Source of the DNA: Escherichia phage PSD2001
Strand: one strand, 5' to 3'
Sequence record: OK254198.1
DNA: 64,000 nucleotides
Shown: piece after piece, positions 19,041 through 29,969 of the stretch
Layout: the number at the start of each line of letters is the position of its first letter
How positions within the stretch are numbered: position 1 is the first letter of the stretch
The notes under the pieces: model-generated
Told to the model about the DNA's origin: nothing
The model's input: the letters and a program-made list of their open reading frames with translations, nothing else
The model's database searches: none
Made by a program: the position numbers and the translations under genes

Positions 19041-19235
19041 TTATTGGCATTGCCTGCGCAAGCCCTCGAAGGGAACATTAGGTTTCGGATATTTAACGAC
19101 AGGATAACCATAAACCTCGTCATCATACCAACCACGGCTTAGACAGATAACCTTTTTCTGACGCGTGATAGTACAAAATACATTCAAGAGGTACACCACA
19201 AAATTATCGGGGTCTAAAACTATAATGATTCGCAA
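19041..19235 (-). CDS. questionable ORF (TTG start)
   Basis: Track ORF starts at TTG with no ATG or convincing RBS. Confidence 0.2.
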   Translation of the reverse strand: MRIIIVLDPDNFVVYLLNVFCTITRQKKVICLSRGWYDDEVYGYPVVKYPKPNVPFEGLRRQCQ

Positions 19236-19303
19236 ATCATTAATCAGATAATTCGGTGGCTCCTCGATTTTAGCTCACACTAAGGTAGCGAATCACCTAC
19301 AGC

Positions 19304-19558
19304 TTACTTCAGGGTTACGACAAAATGACGAACAGCTTTACGGGCAGCAGATGCCAGCGGCTTAGCAAATTTCAGTTCATCTTTTGCTTCGAGCACAGCG
19401 CGAAGGTCGGTTTGAATCGGGTTAAGATGTTTGAAATACTGCAGAATTTCCAGTGCTTCGGCTTCAACATCAATAGATGCGCCATAGTTTTCGTGACCGT
19501 TATTCCATGCAGTGCGTTGCAGTTCAAGAGCGTGTTGTAATTGTTTGTTTAAAGACAT
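19304..19558 (-). CDS. rIII: rIII-like lysis inhibition accessory protein (positional)
   Basis: Track ORF begins at TTG; trimmed to ATG MSLNKQ with GAGG RBS, giving ~84 aa (T4 rIII 82 aa); lies immediately downstream of gene 31 as in T4. Confidence 0.45.
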   Translation of the reverse strand: MSLNKQLQHALELQRTAWNNGHENYGASIDVEAEALEILQYFKHLNPIQTDLRAVLEAKDELKFAKPLASAARKAVRHFVVTLK

Positions 19559-19712
19559 TTTAGAAGCCTCAATATGAGGTGAATATTTGGTGGACACGTT
19601 CTTCTGAATTTCACTTCCTTTCGGCAAGTCTCTCAGTTGTAGTCCACCGTTTAGGATTAGCTAACCCCATACACCAGCAAAGCTCTGTATGACATCAACC
19701 AATCCATATTAT

Positions 19713-19720
19713 TATTTATA
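19713..19720 (-). promoter_or_regulatory. possible late promoter TATAAATA
   Basis: Minus-strand TATAAATA just after the gene 31 stop, ~155 nt upstream of the rIII-like ATG. Confidence 0.3.
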
Positions 19721-19729
19721 ACGCTAATT

Positions 19730-20053
19730 TTACTTATAAAGACAAGGAACAGCTTTATAATGACAGGTCACAAATTTCTGCTTAACTTCTTTAGCCTGCT
19801 TAAGTCCTAGAGCAACCAGAGGATGTGGAACGTTTGCAATCTTGCCAACCGGAAGAGGAGTCAAATCACCCACTTCACAGAAACCTTCAGGAACATCTGG
19901 ACCAACCGAAAATACTTCACACATCTCTGGGATTTCACCCTGATGGAGTTTTCCGATAACGATACCTGATGCCGTAGTTTCTTCATCACCAGCTTGCTTT
20001 GGCTCAGAAACCAAAATAATATATTCACCTACTGCTTTAATTGGTAATTCCAT
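19730..20053 (-). CDS. 31: co-chaperonin gp31 (GroES-like)
   Basis: [18 protein letters not shown]...[27 protein letters not shown] matches remembered T4 gp31; track start 20077, T4-equivalent ATG at 20053. Confidence 0.85.
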   Translation of the reverse strand: MELPIKAVGEYIILVSEPKQAGDEETTASGIVIGKLHQGEIPEMCEVFSVGPDVPEGFCEVGDLTPLPVGKIANVPHPLVALGLKQAKEVKQKFVTCHYKAVPCLYK

Positions 20054-20108
20054 ATTTAATCCATGTTGTTTGGTCATGTATTAATAATAACACGCACCGT
20101 TTGAAGCA

Positions 20109-20408
20109 TTAAAGGACAAGCAGAGTCTCGGTCTGTAGCCCATTCACGGAAATCAATTTATTGAAACAGAATGAACGCCATTCATTAAGCTTGGTATCAA
20201 ATACCCGGATATAGCTAACTGGTTCTTTATTGACTTCTGGTCCAGGGGCCTGGATTTCTTTATACGGTAGCAGGTCCAGGTCGCGAGTACAAGTCATACG
20301 ACGGATGCTACCATCTGCTTTTTCAAACAGAACTTCGTGAAAACCAACAGACAAAATAGTCTTGACTTTTTCGCGAAGGCGAATTGTTTCTTGTTCAGTT
20401 AAAATCAT
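20109..20408 (-). CDS. hypothetical protein (31.1 position)
   Basis: 99 aa track ORF. Confidence 0.5.
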   Translation of the reverse strand: MILTEQETIRLREKVKTILSVGFHEVLFEKADGSIRRMTCTRDLDLLPYKEIQAPGPEVNKEPVSYIRVFDTKLNEWRSFCFNKLISVNGLQTETLLVL

Positions 20409-20410
20409 AA

Positions 20411-20644
20411 TTATTCCAGAATAGTTTTGATAGTGGTTGCATTACGCTCTTTTAGAGCTCTTAATAGGCTATGACAATTATCAAGAATAGGCACCGTTTT
20501 ATATTTCATTTCGGCGCGAACCCACTCGGATTTATAGTACGATTTCCAACGAGAGAAAAAGTACTTTTTATATTCTACTGAAAAGGCTACCAGGTTTTCA
20601 CCTTTTGAGTTCAGACCTGAAAACTTAACTAGACGAAATTTCAT
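20411..20644 (-). CDS. hypothetical protein (31.2 position)
   Basis: 77 aa track ORF. Confidence 0.5.
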   Translation of the reverse strand: MKFRLVKFSGLNSKGENLVAFSVEYKKYFFSRWKSYYKSEWVRAEMKYKTVPILDNCHSLLRALKERNATTIKTILE

Positions 20645-21225
20645 TATTCACCACAAAATTCGTTAATGTTTTCCCAGTTCAATTTGTCTAGACTACGCTT
20701 AGGCACATTGAACACCTCAATTCCCGCGTTCTTCAGGATATCATCCCAACCAGGAATATTCTTATCATACGTTTCACAGTAAACCAATTTCTTGATTCCT
20801 GATTGAGAAATTGCCTTTGCACAATCAGGGCAAGGAGAAAGCGTCACATACATAGTAGCGCCTTCAATTGACGAACCCATTCTGGCAGCGAACAGAATCG
20901 CATTAAGCTCGGCATGAATTTCGTTGTTCTTTGACCAGGCCGAATGAGCTTCGCGATGAGCTTTCGCCAATACAAAACGGTCAACCTGACTGAATCTCAC
21001 GCATTCTGGCTTATGACCAGGGATGAGAACAGGTTTAGGTTTATTCAGTAACCAACCTTGCTCTTCCGCATGCTCGCAACAGTTAACCCCACCTGCAGGG
21101 GAACCATTATACCCTGTAGAAATAATGCGGCCATTCTTTTCAATAACAGCTCCCACTTTCCAGGAGCAACATTTGGATTCTTGAGATACAAGGTATGCGA
21201 TTTGCAGAACAGTAGTTGGTTTCAT
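20644..21225 (-). CDS. cd: dCMP deaminase
   Basis: 193 aa (T4 Cd 193); zinc-binding CEHAE ... PCPDCAK motifs. Confidence 0.9.
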   Translation of the reverse strand: MKPTTVLQIAYLVSQESKCCSWKVGAVIEKNGRIISTGYNGSPAGGVNCCEHAEEQGWLLNKPKPVLIPGHKPECVRFSQVDRFVLAKAHREAHSAWSKNNEIHAELNAILFAARMGSSIEGATMYVTLSPCPDCAKAISQSGIKKLVYCETYDKNIPGWDDILKNAGIEVFNVPKRSLDKLNWENINEFCGE

Positions 21226-21561
21226 TTACATCACCACAAGATAATTGGTTTTAATAGTTTCAACACGATATAATTCATGTCGCAATTTAGTAATGCTCTT
21301 AACATGTGTTGTAATTATACTATCACCATCACTGAAGCGTTTTTTCTTATCGCCAAAAATCACCCCAAACATTCGCTCACCAATTTCTACAGGAGCTTCT
21401 GTGATAACAACCGCATCATAATTACTTGGGTGAATACTTTTAAACAGAGCATCATTCGCAAGTGTTACTTTGATAAATGCAGCTGTCTCCGGGTCCAACT
21501 TACGATGGTCGCCCAAATCATTTTTAAGGGCTTCTTTGAAAATATCCATTAAATTCATCAT
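21226..21561 (-). CDS. hypothetical protein (cd.x)
   Basis: 111 aa track ORF in operon. Confidence 0.5.
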   Translation of the reverse strand: MMNLMDIFKEALKNDLGDHRKLDPETAAFIKVTLANDALFKSIHPSNYDAVVITEAPVEIGERMFGVIFGDKKKRFSDGDSIITTHVKSITKLRHELYRVETIKTNYLVVM

Positions 21562-21803
21562 TGAATATACACTCGCTGCGCTTCAACCAGACCATCAGAA
21601 CCCAATTTCAGTTGGGTCAACTGGTCACCACCCTTTAGAGTAATTTTCGGATTAATGACAATCATAAAACTGCGTGCAGATTCCTGAATAACTTGCAAAG
21701 TCGCAGCAGGGAATCGCTGTGATACACGGTTAATCATCTCTTGAGCAAATGCCTTCACTTTTTCGTGAAACTCTTCAACAGTAATTGGGGTTTCGCTAAG
21801 CAT
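21558..21803 (-). CDS. hypothetical protein (cd.x)
   Basis: 81 aa track ORF, overlapping stop/start. Confidence 0.5.
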   Translation of the reverse strand: MLSETPITVEEFHEKVKAFAQEMINRVSQRFPAATLQVIQESARSFMIVINPKITLKGGDQLTQLKLGSDGLVEAQRVYIQ

Positions 21804-22345
21804 CAGATTGTCTCCTGTTTAACTTGTTTAACGATAGAAGCTTTTGTGATATCGCCTTTGATAATATAGCAATCTTCTGCAGTACCACGGTTTAACAAAC
21901 GCTCGGCTTCGCCTTCTGCGTGTTCTTTTGACACATGACGAGAGTTAATCTCAATCTTGCCATTTTTAACCACAAGCAATTTCCAAACTGATGCAAGTTT
22001 TACTGGCACAGGTTCAACTTCTGGCTTAACACCAACTTCTACCTGGATGAAATATTCAAATTCATCTGACAATGGACCAACAGAAACAAACATTGCCCCA
22101 TGATGCCTGTTTTCTGCACCAGATATTTTTGCCAAATCCACAAAATTCTTTTCATCAATCAAACGAATCTCACAAACTTTTCTTCCACCGCTAGCAGTAT
22201 CAGGGACAATCTTAACTTCAAACGGAGTCATACCGATGTATTTGGCAATTTGGTAATTAGCTGCCCAGCCTCCGGCAATAAACTGTTTTTTGGCATTTTC
22301 AGACGTGAACTTGTAAAACTTACCTTCTTCAAAGAAATTGCTCAT
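21803..22345 (-). CDS. hypothetical protein (cd.x)
   Basis: 180 aa track ORF. Confidence 0.5.
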   Translation of the reverse strand: MSNFFEEGKFYKFTSENAKKQFIAGGWAANYQIAKYIGMTPFEVKIVPDTASGGRKVCEIRLIDEKNFVDLAKISGAENRHHGAMFVSVGPLSDEFEYFIQVEVGVKPEVEPVPVKLASVWKLLVVKNGKIEINSRHVSKEHAEGEAERLLNRGTAEDCYIIKGDITKASIVKQVKQETI

Positions 22346-22405
22346 TTTGTTTTCCTCATGTGTTGATAAAATTCATTATACACCATCCGTGGTGAAAGTA
22401 AACAC

Positions 22406-22684
22406 TTAAATTGCTTCGACAACTACCGTTTGTTTCTGGAAGTCCATTTTGCATGAAATAGCTAAAATGTGGTTATCAATTTTAAACGGAACAATTGCAA
22501 ATGCTGCACCAGGTGTGAGTTGAACAGTGATTGCATCAACTGCATCCGGGAACATGATTTCCAGAATAGCAGACAAACGACCATGCACCTTTAGTTCAGT
22601 CGACGTGTCGACGCTTTCGTATAGATAATCAGATGCAATCTGACTAAAAACTACTTTAACAATTTCAGAATATGTAGGAAACAT
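22406..22684 (-). CDS. hypothetical protein (cd.x)
   Basis: 92 aa track ORF; upstream TATAAT plus GGGGT...ACCCC stem-loop. Confidence 0.5.
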   Translation of the reverse strand: MFPTYSEIVKVVFSQIASDYLYESVDTSTELKVHGRLSAILEIMFPDAVDAITVQLTPGAAFAIVPFKIDNHILAISCKMDFQKQTVVVEAI

Positions 22685-22755
22685 TTCTTTTCTCGCTTAG
22701 TTATTGGGGTATCCAAAGGACCTAGACCCCATTATACCATAAAATTTTTAAAGCG

Positions 22756-22971
22756 TTAATGAACGGTATGCACCTTGACATTAACGATAAATCGGTCAAT
22801 GACTTCAGTCAGCGGAACGAATTCAACATAATATTCGCCCTTGTATCGTTCGTTGATATCATTGCGCAGTGCAGCCAGGTTGTTGATAAGAGCAGGAGAC
22901 ATATTCTGCCCTACCAGTTTCTGAAGCTCTTTATAAGCTTCTTCTTCAACTTCATGGTGTTTGTTATACAT
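22756..22971 (-). CDS. hypothetical protein
   Basis: 71 aa track ORF. Confidence 0.45.
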   Translation of the reverse strand: MYNKHHEVEEEAYKELQKLVGQNMSPALINNLAALRNDINERYKGEYYVEFVPLTEVIDRFIVNVKVHTVH

Positions 22972-23161
22972 AATGTTCTTCCAAGAAGGCTAAGAGTTCT
23001 GGAGCGGATTTAAAGATACCGCCATCGACCTTGTCTTCATCTTTATAGTCCATTACATCCAGGCCAATACGTCCATCGGTTAAAGGCCATACGCCGAAGA
23101 AAAAGCATTTACGTTTTTCAATCTCTTCGATTGTACGAAAAATCTTTTCGATATTATTCAT
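22964..23161 (-). CDS. hypothetical protein
   Basis: Track ORF 22964..23218 trimmed to MNNIEKIF, with GGAG ~12 nt upstream. Confidence 0.4.
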   Translation of the reverse strand: MNNIEKIFRTIEEIEKRKCFFFGVWPLTDGRIGLDVMDYKDEDKVDGGIFKSAPELLAFLEEHYV

Positions 23162-23187
23162 AGGGTTCCACATCTCCACTACTTGAG

Positions 23188-23195
23188 TATAAATA
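23188..23195 (+). promoter_or_regulatory. late promoter TATAAATA for the HNH gene
   Basis: Plus-strand TATAAATA ~26 nt upstream of the ATG at 23222. Confidence 0.5.
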
Positions 23196-23221
23196 TAGTA
23201 TATCACCAAAGAGGACATACA

Positions 23222-25079
<1,858 letters not shown>

Positions 25080-25083
<4 letters not shown>

Positions 25084-25562
25084 ACGCCAAGCTCCTTATA
25101 AAGTTCTTCGCGACAGGTTTTAAGGATTTTACCAGTTTCATAAGCATCACTTTCAGAAACATCACCAAGTGCAGCGGCAGATTGCATTTGACCATGGCGT
25201 TTAGCTGCATATTCAAAACTTTTTACTAGCTCACGAATACGTTCTTTTTCATTGTATTCTTCAATAAATTCTGGGTATTCCCAAACAGGTCGCATCATAC
25301 GATACCAATGCTGAATAGTAATATAATTACTTCCATCCAGATTAATAATTTGCGAAGGCTTAATAGCGCCCGGAGCATAAAAAGTTACCTGTCTTACTAC
25401 ATCAATACCGTCCACCATAGCCCAAGCAAAATCAAAAGTTGCCTTCTTTTCAATTGGTGTACTTGCGCAGGACCCTAATTTTAAGAGCTTTTGTAATGCA
25501 GGGGATTTAACACCTGAAATGTATTCAGGATTAGATACAAAAGAATTGTCACGTAAAGTCAT
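25080..25562 (-). CDS. hypothetical protein
   Basis: Track ORF trimmed to MTLRDNSF with GAGGA RBS. Confidence 0.5.
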
Positions 25563-25589
25563 AATAATTTCCTCAAATTTTATAATCCG

Positions 25590-25630
25590 TGGGAACATTA
25601 TACTCTGCTCCCATGAGTTTGTACACTACT
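25590..25630 (-). promoter_or_regulatory. early promoter cassette
   Basis: Minus strand GTGTACAA, 16 nt, TATAATG, with flanking inverted repeat. Confidence 0.4.
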
Positions 25631-25631
25631 T

Positions 25632-25733
25632 TCCAAAAAGACCTTGGACACATAAAGTGGCCGCAATTCCAAAACAAAAACAGAATGCACCAAATCTAAC
25701 AATATCCCAACCAAGGCTACAGGTCTCTATCAT
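25632..25733 (-). CDS. 33 aa hydrophobic peptide
   Basis: Hand-translated MIETCSLGWDIVRFGAFCFCFGIAATLCVQGLFGK; ATG overlaps the o-spanin stop in an ATGA arrangement. Confidence 0.3.
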
Positions 25734-26020
25734 TTGCAACGTTCCTCTTTTAGTTCAGAACGATAATAGCATAACATACCTTTTTGGTCATGTACATATC
25801 TTTTTACATCATTCATCCAAATCCTGAATTCTTGCGATGCTTCAAAAGGCATACCAACCCAGGCTTGACCCTCAATTACCTTCACTTCCCATTGCTGCTT
25901 ATAATCAGCCAATGCAACAGGCCAATTAGGATGAACTTGAATTGTGGGCTCCACAACGGGCTTCTGGGCGCATGAAACGAGTCCAATAGCCAAACATACT
26001 GCCATGATAGATTTCATCAT
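25730..26020 (-). CDS. o-spanin (outer-membrane lipoprotein; PseT.2-like)
   Basis: 96 aa; signal peptide with lipobox LVSC; immediately downstream of the i-spanin. Confidence 0.65.
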   Translation of the reverse strand: MMKSIMAVCLAIGLVSCAQKPVVEPTIQVHPNWPVALADYKQQWEVKVIEGQAWVGMPFEASQEFRIWMNDVKRYVHDQKGMLCYYRSELKEERCK

Positions 26021-26370
26021 TTGGTGAGCTCCTGGAAGTCCTGTGCGAACTTATCAAAAGACTGATTAATCTGTTTTTCAACTAATTTAGGCTTCGCGGC
26101 CACAACCTTAGTGCGTTTTGCATCTGCACGGAGTTTATCATTTTCCTTCTGCAGGTGTTCAACATATTCCTGACGTTCCTGGTCAAGGAGATTAATTTGA
26201 TTAATCTGGTCTTTTACTGATTGCAGATTTTTCGCGTTATCTTCTGCAACTTTGGTGACTTCCGCCACCGCTGTCTTGAGATTATCCACTTTTGCTTTTA
26301 GATAGAAACCACTACCAGCAGTTACTACCAGGGCGAGCATAAGCCCTGCAGTGAGATTACTTATTTGCAT
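26017..26370 (-). CDS. i-spanin (PseT.3-like)
   Basis: 117 aa; N-terminal transmembrane helix then charged coiled-coil region; ATGA overlap with the o-spanin. Confidence 0.65.
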   Translation of the reverse strand: MQISNLTAGLMLALVVTAGSGFYLKAKVDNLKTAVAEVTKVAEDNAKNLQSVKDQINQINLLDQERQEYVEHLQKENDKLRADAKRTKVVAAKPKLVEKQINQSFDKFAQDFQELTK

Positions 26371-26864
26371 AACTTGATGATTACCTCAACAATATCATCC
26401 TGGGATAAACCATTCAGGAGGATGTGATTTGTACTGTCAGATGCTGAAATGCGGAACTGATTACCAACTTCATCCGCCATATCATCCTGGGTCAACACTG
26501 GGTGTTTAATTCCCAGACGGTGTTGAAGTGTCAGGGGTTCAACCACAACATAACAAACACATCCATTGATATGCACATTAGGTTGGGTCTGATTGATGAA
26601 CACTTCTGCATCATATTTAACCAAATGGTTCTTTAAGAAGTCAACCATTTCAGGAACAGATTCATGCAGTGCTTCTTTCCGCTCTTCTGATTTTTTATCA
26701 CGATATTCTTTTTGTTTCGCCTTCAACTTTTTATCGGAGGCGAGTTTTTTCCGCAAGTCAGTCATGAGACCAATTTTCTTGGTCCCTTTATAGACATAAA
26801 TTCCGTCATGACGGTCACCATATTCATTGACAATCATTTCATTTGAAATCAGTTGCATATCCAT
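26361..26864 (-). CDS. alc: Alc (blocks host transcription on cytosine DNA)
   Basis: Track ORF trimmed to MDMQ start with GAGGA RBS, giving 167 aa (T4 Alc 167 aa); position between rnlA and the spanins. Confidence 0.6.
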   Translation of the reverse strand: MDMQLISNEMIVNEYGDRHDGIYVYKGTKKIGLMTDLRKKLASDKKLKAKQKEYRDKKSEERKEALHESVPEMVDFLKNHLVKYDAEVFINQTQPNVHINGCVCYVVVEPLTLQHRLGIKHPVLTQDDMADEVGNQFRISASDSTNHILLNGLSQDDIVEVIIKLCK

Positions 26865-26877
26865 AATATTTTCCTCA

Positions 26878-27111
26878 TTAGTAGCGGTTGTAACCCCGGG
26901 GACCAAAAGAGTTGGCACCCAGGCGTTCATCTTTCTTTTTGGCTCTTGCTCTAAACCCAGAATCACCTGTTTGAGCTTTCAGTTCTTTTAACAATTTGGC
27001 CTTCAGGTCAGTAATGAAACCAATCCGGCGGTCTCCCTTGTAGACATAGATTCCGTCATTACTGTCACCATATGCCTGTGTAACTCTTTCATTTGTAATT
27101 AAGTTTAACAT
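26878..27111 (-). CDS. 77 aa paralog of the Alc N-terminal region
   Basis: ITNERVTQAYGDSNDGIYVYKGDRRIGFITDLKAKL aligns with Alc ISNEMIVNEYGDRHDGIYVYKGTKKIGLMTDLRKKL; own GAGGA RBS and ATG. Confidence 0.55.
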   Translation of the reverse strand: MLNLITNERVTQAYGDSNDGIYVYKGDRRIGFITDLKAKLLKELKAQTGDSGFRARAKKKDERLGANSFGPRGYNRY

Positions 27112-27134
27112 GTTTTAGTCCTCATCAGTAGTTG

Positions 27135-27180
27135 ATGGAACCATTATGTATAGAAAGGAGGGGCTTGTACACCCCTTTTT
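27135..27180 (-). promoter_or_regulatory. early promoter cassette
   Basis: Minus strand GTGTACAA inside hairpin GGGG...CCCC, 16 nt, CATAATG. Confidence 0.4.
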
Positions 27181-27182
27181 TA

Positions 27183-28319
27183 TTATTCAGGAAGGATTAC
27201 TTCCGCTTGGTAGTCCGACGGAATGTAAAGTTTATGATTTTTAAGGAAAACTTTATTGATTTGAGCAATCGTTTGTTCAGTTTCCTGTGGGCGTTGATAG
27301 GTGTTCATTAATACGGAGAACAATCCCGGGTATGGTTTGCACAACTCTTGACCTTTAATCGCAAACTCGCGCCGGTCTTTTCCTGCCAGTTGTTTCTGAG
27401 CATCAAGCAACAATCCCAATGTATTGGACAGATAATCCAGATGCGTTACAGTAAAGGCATTAACTTTTTCGCGAGCATAAGTATCGCCAGTAAACATGGC
27501 AATAACATCATCTGCCCCGCCAGCAACAACAACTTCAAACAGTCGCTCATTATTATTAATGGAGTCTTTAGTATGATGCAGAGCACAATACCATTCTGTT
27601 TTCATCTTGAACTTCTGACCACTTGCCAGCTCATAGACGAAGCCTTCAATCTCTTTCATACCACGAACATTCTCAATGCTCGCCGGGTCATATGCTTCAA
27701 CCAGGAAAGGACGGAGCGCAGCATCTTTGAACAGTTCCTGATAAGGAATATATTCACCAGTTTCATTATGGCGAACGTTCAGTAAAATCAGGTCACGTTC
27801 CAGGTAAGGCAAAACAATGCGGTTGGTTGGTGCAACATATTCCATATTGCATGTATAACCAGCTTCAGTGATTTCAGTTACGCGAGCCCTGAATGCACTG
27901 CGATGCTCTTGTTTAAACACCTGCAAGGATTCAGCAGCTTGGGAGCTTTTGATTGACCCTTTGGATTTAAAGGCGATATTAGTCTGGTCCATATAAGTAG
28001 AAACCAAGCTACCATCAGCTTTTGCAGTAACCAGGACAACCTCATCAAGGTTAAGGTCCATGGTCATTGGATTCTCACCCAGATTAAAGAATTTTTCCAT
28101 AGGACGGGCGGCAATGCGAACTGGACCATTGTCATCCATTTCAAACATAATGCCACGACACTCCAGCGCATCATCAAGAAGCCAATCACTATAGGAAGCA
28201 TAGTTATAGCTAAAGATGCGGAACTTAGTTTCAAATGGAGAAACAAAATCCGTATAGAAAAACTTACCTTTATCGGATTCGGCGCAAAGCTTCATTAAGT
28301 TATCATATAATTCAATCAT
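27183..28319 (-). CDS. rnlA: RNA ligase 1
   Basis: 378 aa; strong similarity to remembered T4 Rnl1 (YRIFSYNYASYSDWLL, ALECRGIMFEMD, KADGSLVS adenylation lysine). Confidence 0.9.
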   Translation of the reverse strand: MIELYDNLMKLCAESDKGKFFYTDFVSPFETKFRIFSYNYASYSDWLLDDALECRGIMFEMDDNGPVRIAARPMEKFFNLGENPMTMDLNLDEVVLVTAKADGSLVSTYMDQTNIAFKSKGSIKSSQAAESLQVFKQEHRSAFRARVTEITEAGYTCNMEYVAPTNRIVLPYLERDLILLNVRHNETGEYIPYQELFKDAALRPFLVEAYDPASIENVRGMKEIEGFVYELASGQKFKMKTEWYCALHHTKDSINNNERLFEVVVAGGADDVIAMFTGDTYAREKVNAFTVTHLDYLSNTLGLLLDAQKQLAGKDRREFAIKGQELCKPYPGLFSVLMNTYQRPQETEQTIAQINKVFLKNHKLYIPSDYQAEVILPE

Positions 28320-28726
28320 TTCTTCACCTTATGTTGGTAATTCCACGGGGGATTAAAAAGCTTGATGAACATCGGCTCTTCCAGAGACATCGTTTCGACT
28401 GACATTGTGCCAAGTTCATTGGTCATTGACAGATTGAAACATTGTCGTGCATAGAATACCACCTTTTTACCTTCTTGTAAAGCTTCATGTATCATCCGGG
28501 ATTTGTTTGAATCGCTCGTCTGGTCGATTCGGTTAATCGCAGTCCGGTAATAGTTGATACGCTTCTTAAGGTTGTTCGTCTTACCAATATACACTAGTTC
28601 ATCATCAACTGAAATAGCATAGATAACATTTTTCTTGTTCGCGAGAGTAAGAATAGGGATTTTACCATCGACTAACTCTAACTCCGCGTATTTTATAAAA
28701 CTGTATTCATCAGCGATTTGTTTCAT
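28316..28726 (-). CDS. denA: endonuclease II (GIY-YIG)
   Basis: Track start is TTG; trimmed to ATG giving 136 aa (T4 EndoII 136 aa); VYIGKTNNLKKRINYY GIY-YIG-like motif. Confidence 0.7.
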   Translation of the reverse strand: MKQIADEYSFIKYAELELVDGKIPILTLANKKNVIYAISVDDELVYIGKTNNLKKRINYYRTAINRIDQTSDSNKSRMIHEALQEGKKVVFYARQCFNLSMTNELGTMSVETMSLEEPMFIKLFNPPWNYQHKVKK

Positions 28727-28730
28727 GGGC

Positions 28731-28752
28731 AAAAAGGGCCGAAGCCCTTTCC
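28731..28752 (-). terminator. intrinsic terminator after nrdB
   Basis: Hairpin GGGC-ttcg-GCCC plus T-run on the minus strand, ending ~5 nt before the denA ATG. Confidence 0.55.
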
Positions 28753-29931
28753 TTATAGATATTTACGGAAACCAGCAAGAACATTCTCATCGACGTCATT
28801 GTCAATCTGGGCTACCAGGTAAGCAGACAACTCAACTTCTTGTGGTGCAGATTGCACATTATCAGAGTTAAGATATTCGCGAATCCATGGAATCGGGTGC
28901 TTAGTAGATTCTAACACGATTTCACAAGGGAGACCGCATTGCTTCATACGAGAAACCGTCAGGTAATCGATGAACCGGTTAAGAATCTCGACGCTCAACC
29001 CAGGGAGTCCACCGTCTTTAAACAGATGCACGGCCCATTCTTTTTCCTGGCGATTAACTTCCATGAAAATGGCTGCGGCTTCTGCTTCACATTCGTGTGC
29101 AATTTTAACCCATTCGTCGCCGTCGGTGCCAGTCTGCAACTGACGAAGAATATATTGGGTCCCCTTAAGGTGGAGCTGTTCATCACGGGCGATGAACTTC
29201 ATTATCTTCGCATTGCCTTCCATGATTTCCATGTTCTTATGGAAGTTGAAAGTACAGGCAAAAGATACATAAAAACGAATGGCTTCCAGGGCATTAATGA
29301 CATGCAGACAGAGATAAAGAGACTTCATCAATGCTCGTTTGGCGATAGCTTCTTGTTTGATAGCTCGTTCCAAACGTTCGTCCGCTTCGGGAGTTTCTTT
29401 GGCCAGTTCAACAAAAGCAATCTGGTTTTGCCATTGACGAGTTTTATTCAGAACATCATCATAGTAATGGCCAATGGATTCTGCTCGCTTCATGATTGCA
29501 TCATCTAACAGGATTTCGTCGAATACCTTCGCCGGGTCCGTATAGAGATTTCGCATGATGTGCGTATAAGAACGAGAGTGAATTGTCTCGCTGAATGTCC
29601 AGGTCTGAATCCATGTATCAAGACTCGGGTCGGAAACTAATGCGGCTAATGCTGCAGCTGGAGCACGACCCTGTATACTATCCAGAAGTGATTGGTATTT
29701 CAGGTTATTTGTAAAAATATTTTGCTGATGGACAGGAAGCTTATTAAATTGGGCTCCATCCATCATCAGGTTTACTTCCTCAGGTCGCCAGAAGAATGAT
29801 AATTGCCTTTCTGTTAATTCTTCGAAAACTTTATGACGCTGGATATCATAACGGGCGATGCCCAATCCAGAACCGAAGAACATCGGCTCGGCTAAAACAT
29901 CCACCGGAGTGGTATTAAAAACTGTACTCAT
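28753..29931 (-). CDS. nrdB: ribonucleotide reductase small subunit
   Basis: 392 aa continuous ORF, di-iron RNR beta features. Confidence 0.9.
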   Translation of the reverse strand: MSTVFNTTPVDVLAEPMFFGSGLGIARYDIQRHKVFEELTERQLSFFWRPEEVNLMMDGAQFNKLPVHQQNIFTNNLKYQSLLDSIQGRAPAAALAALVSDPSLDTWIQTWTFSETIHSRSYTHIMRNLYTDPAKVFDEILLDDAIMKRAESIGHYYDDVLNKTRQWQNQIAFVELAKETPEADERLERAIKQEAIAKRALMKSLYLCLHVINALEAIRFYVSFACTFNFHKNMEIMEGNAKIMKFIARDEQLHLKGTQYILRQLQTGTDGDEWVKIAHECEAEAAAIFMEVNRQEKEWAVHLFKDGGLPGLSVEILNRFIDYLTVSRMKQCGLPCEIVLESTKHPIPWIREYLNSDNVQSAPQEVELSAYLVAQIDNDVDENVLAGFRKYL

Positions 29932-29969
29932 TTTATTTCCTCAATAGCTCATCCATGAGCATAATTATA

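Noticed and set aside
27155-27185. Hairpin GGGG-cttgtaca-CCCC with T-run on the plus strand, read as a terminator
   Set aside because: There is no plus-strand gene upstream; on the minus strand it lacks a following T-run and overlaps the -35-like element of a promoter cassette, so it is treated as part of that cassette
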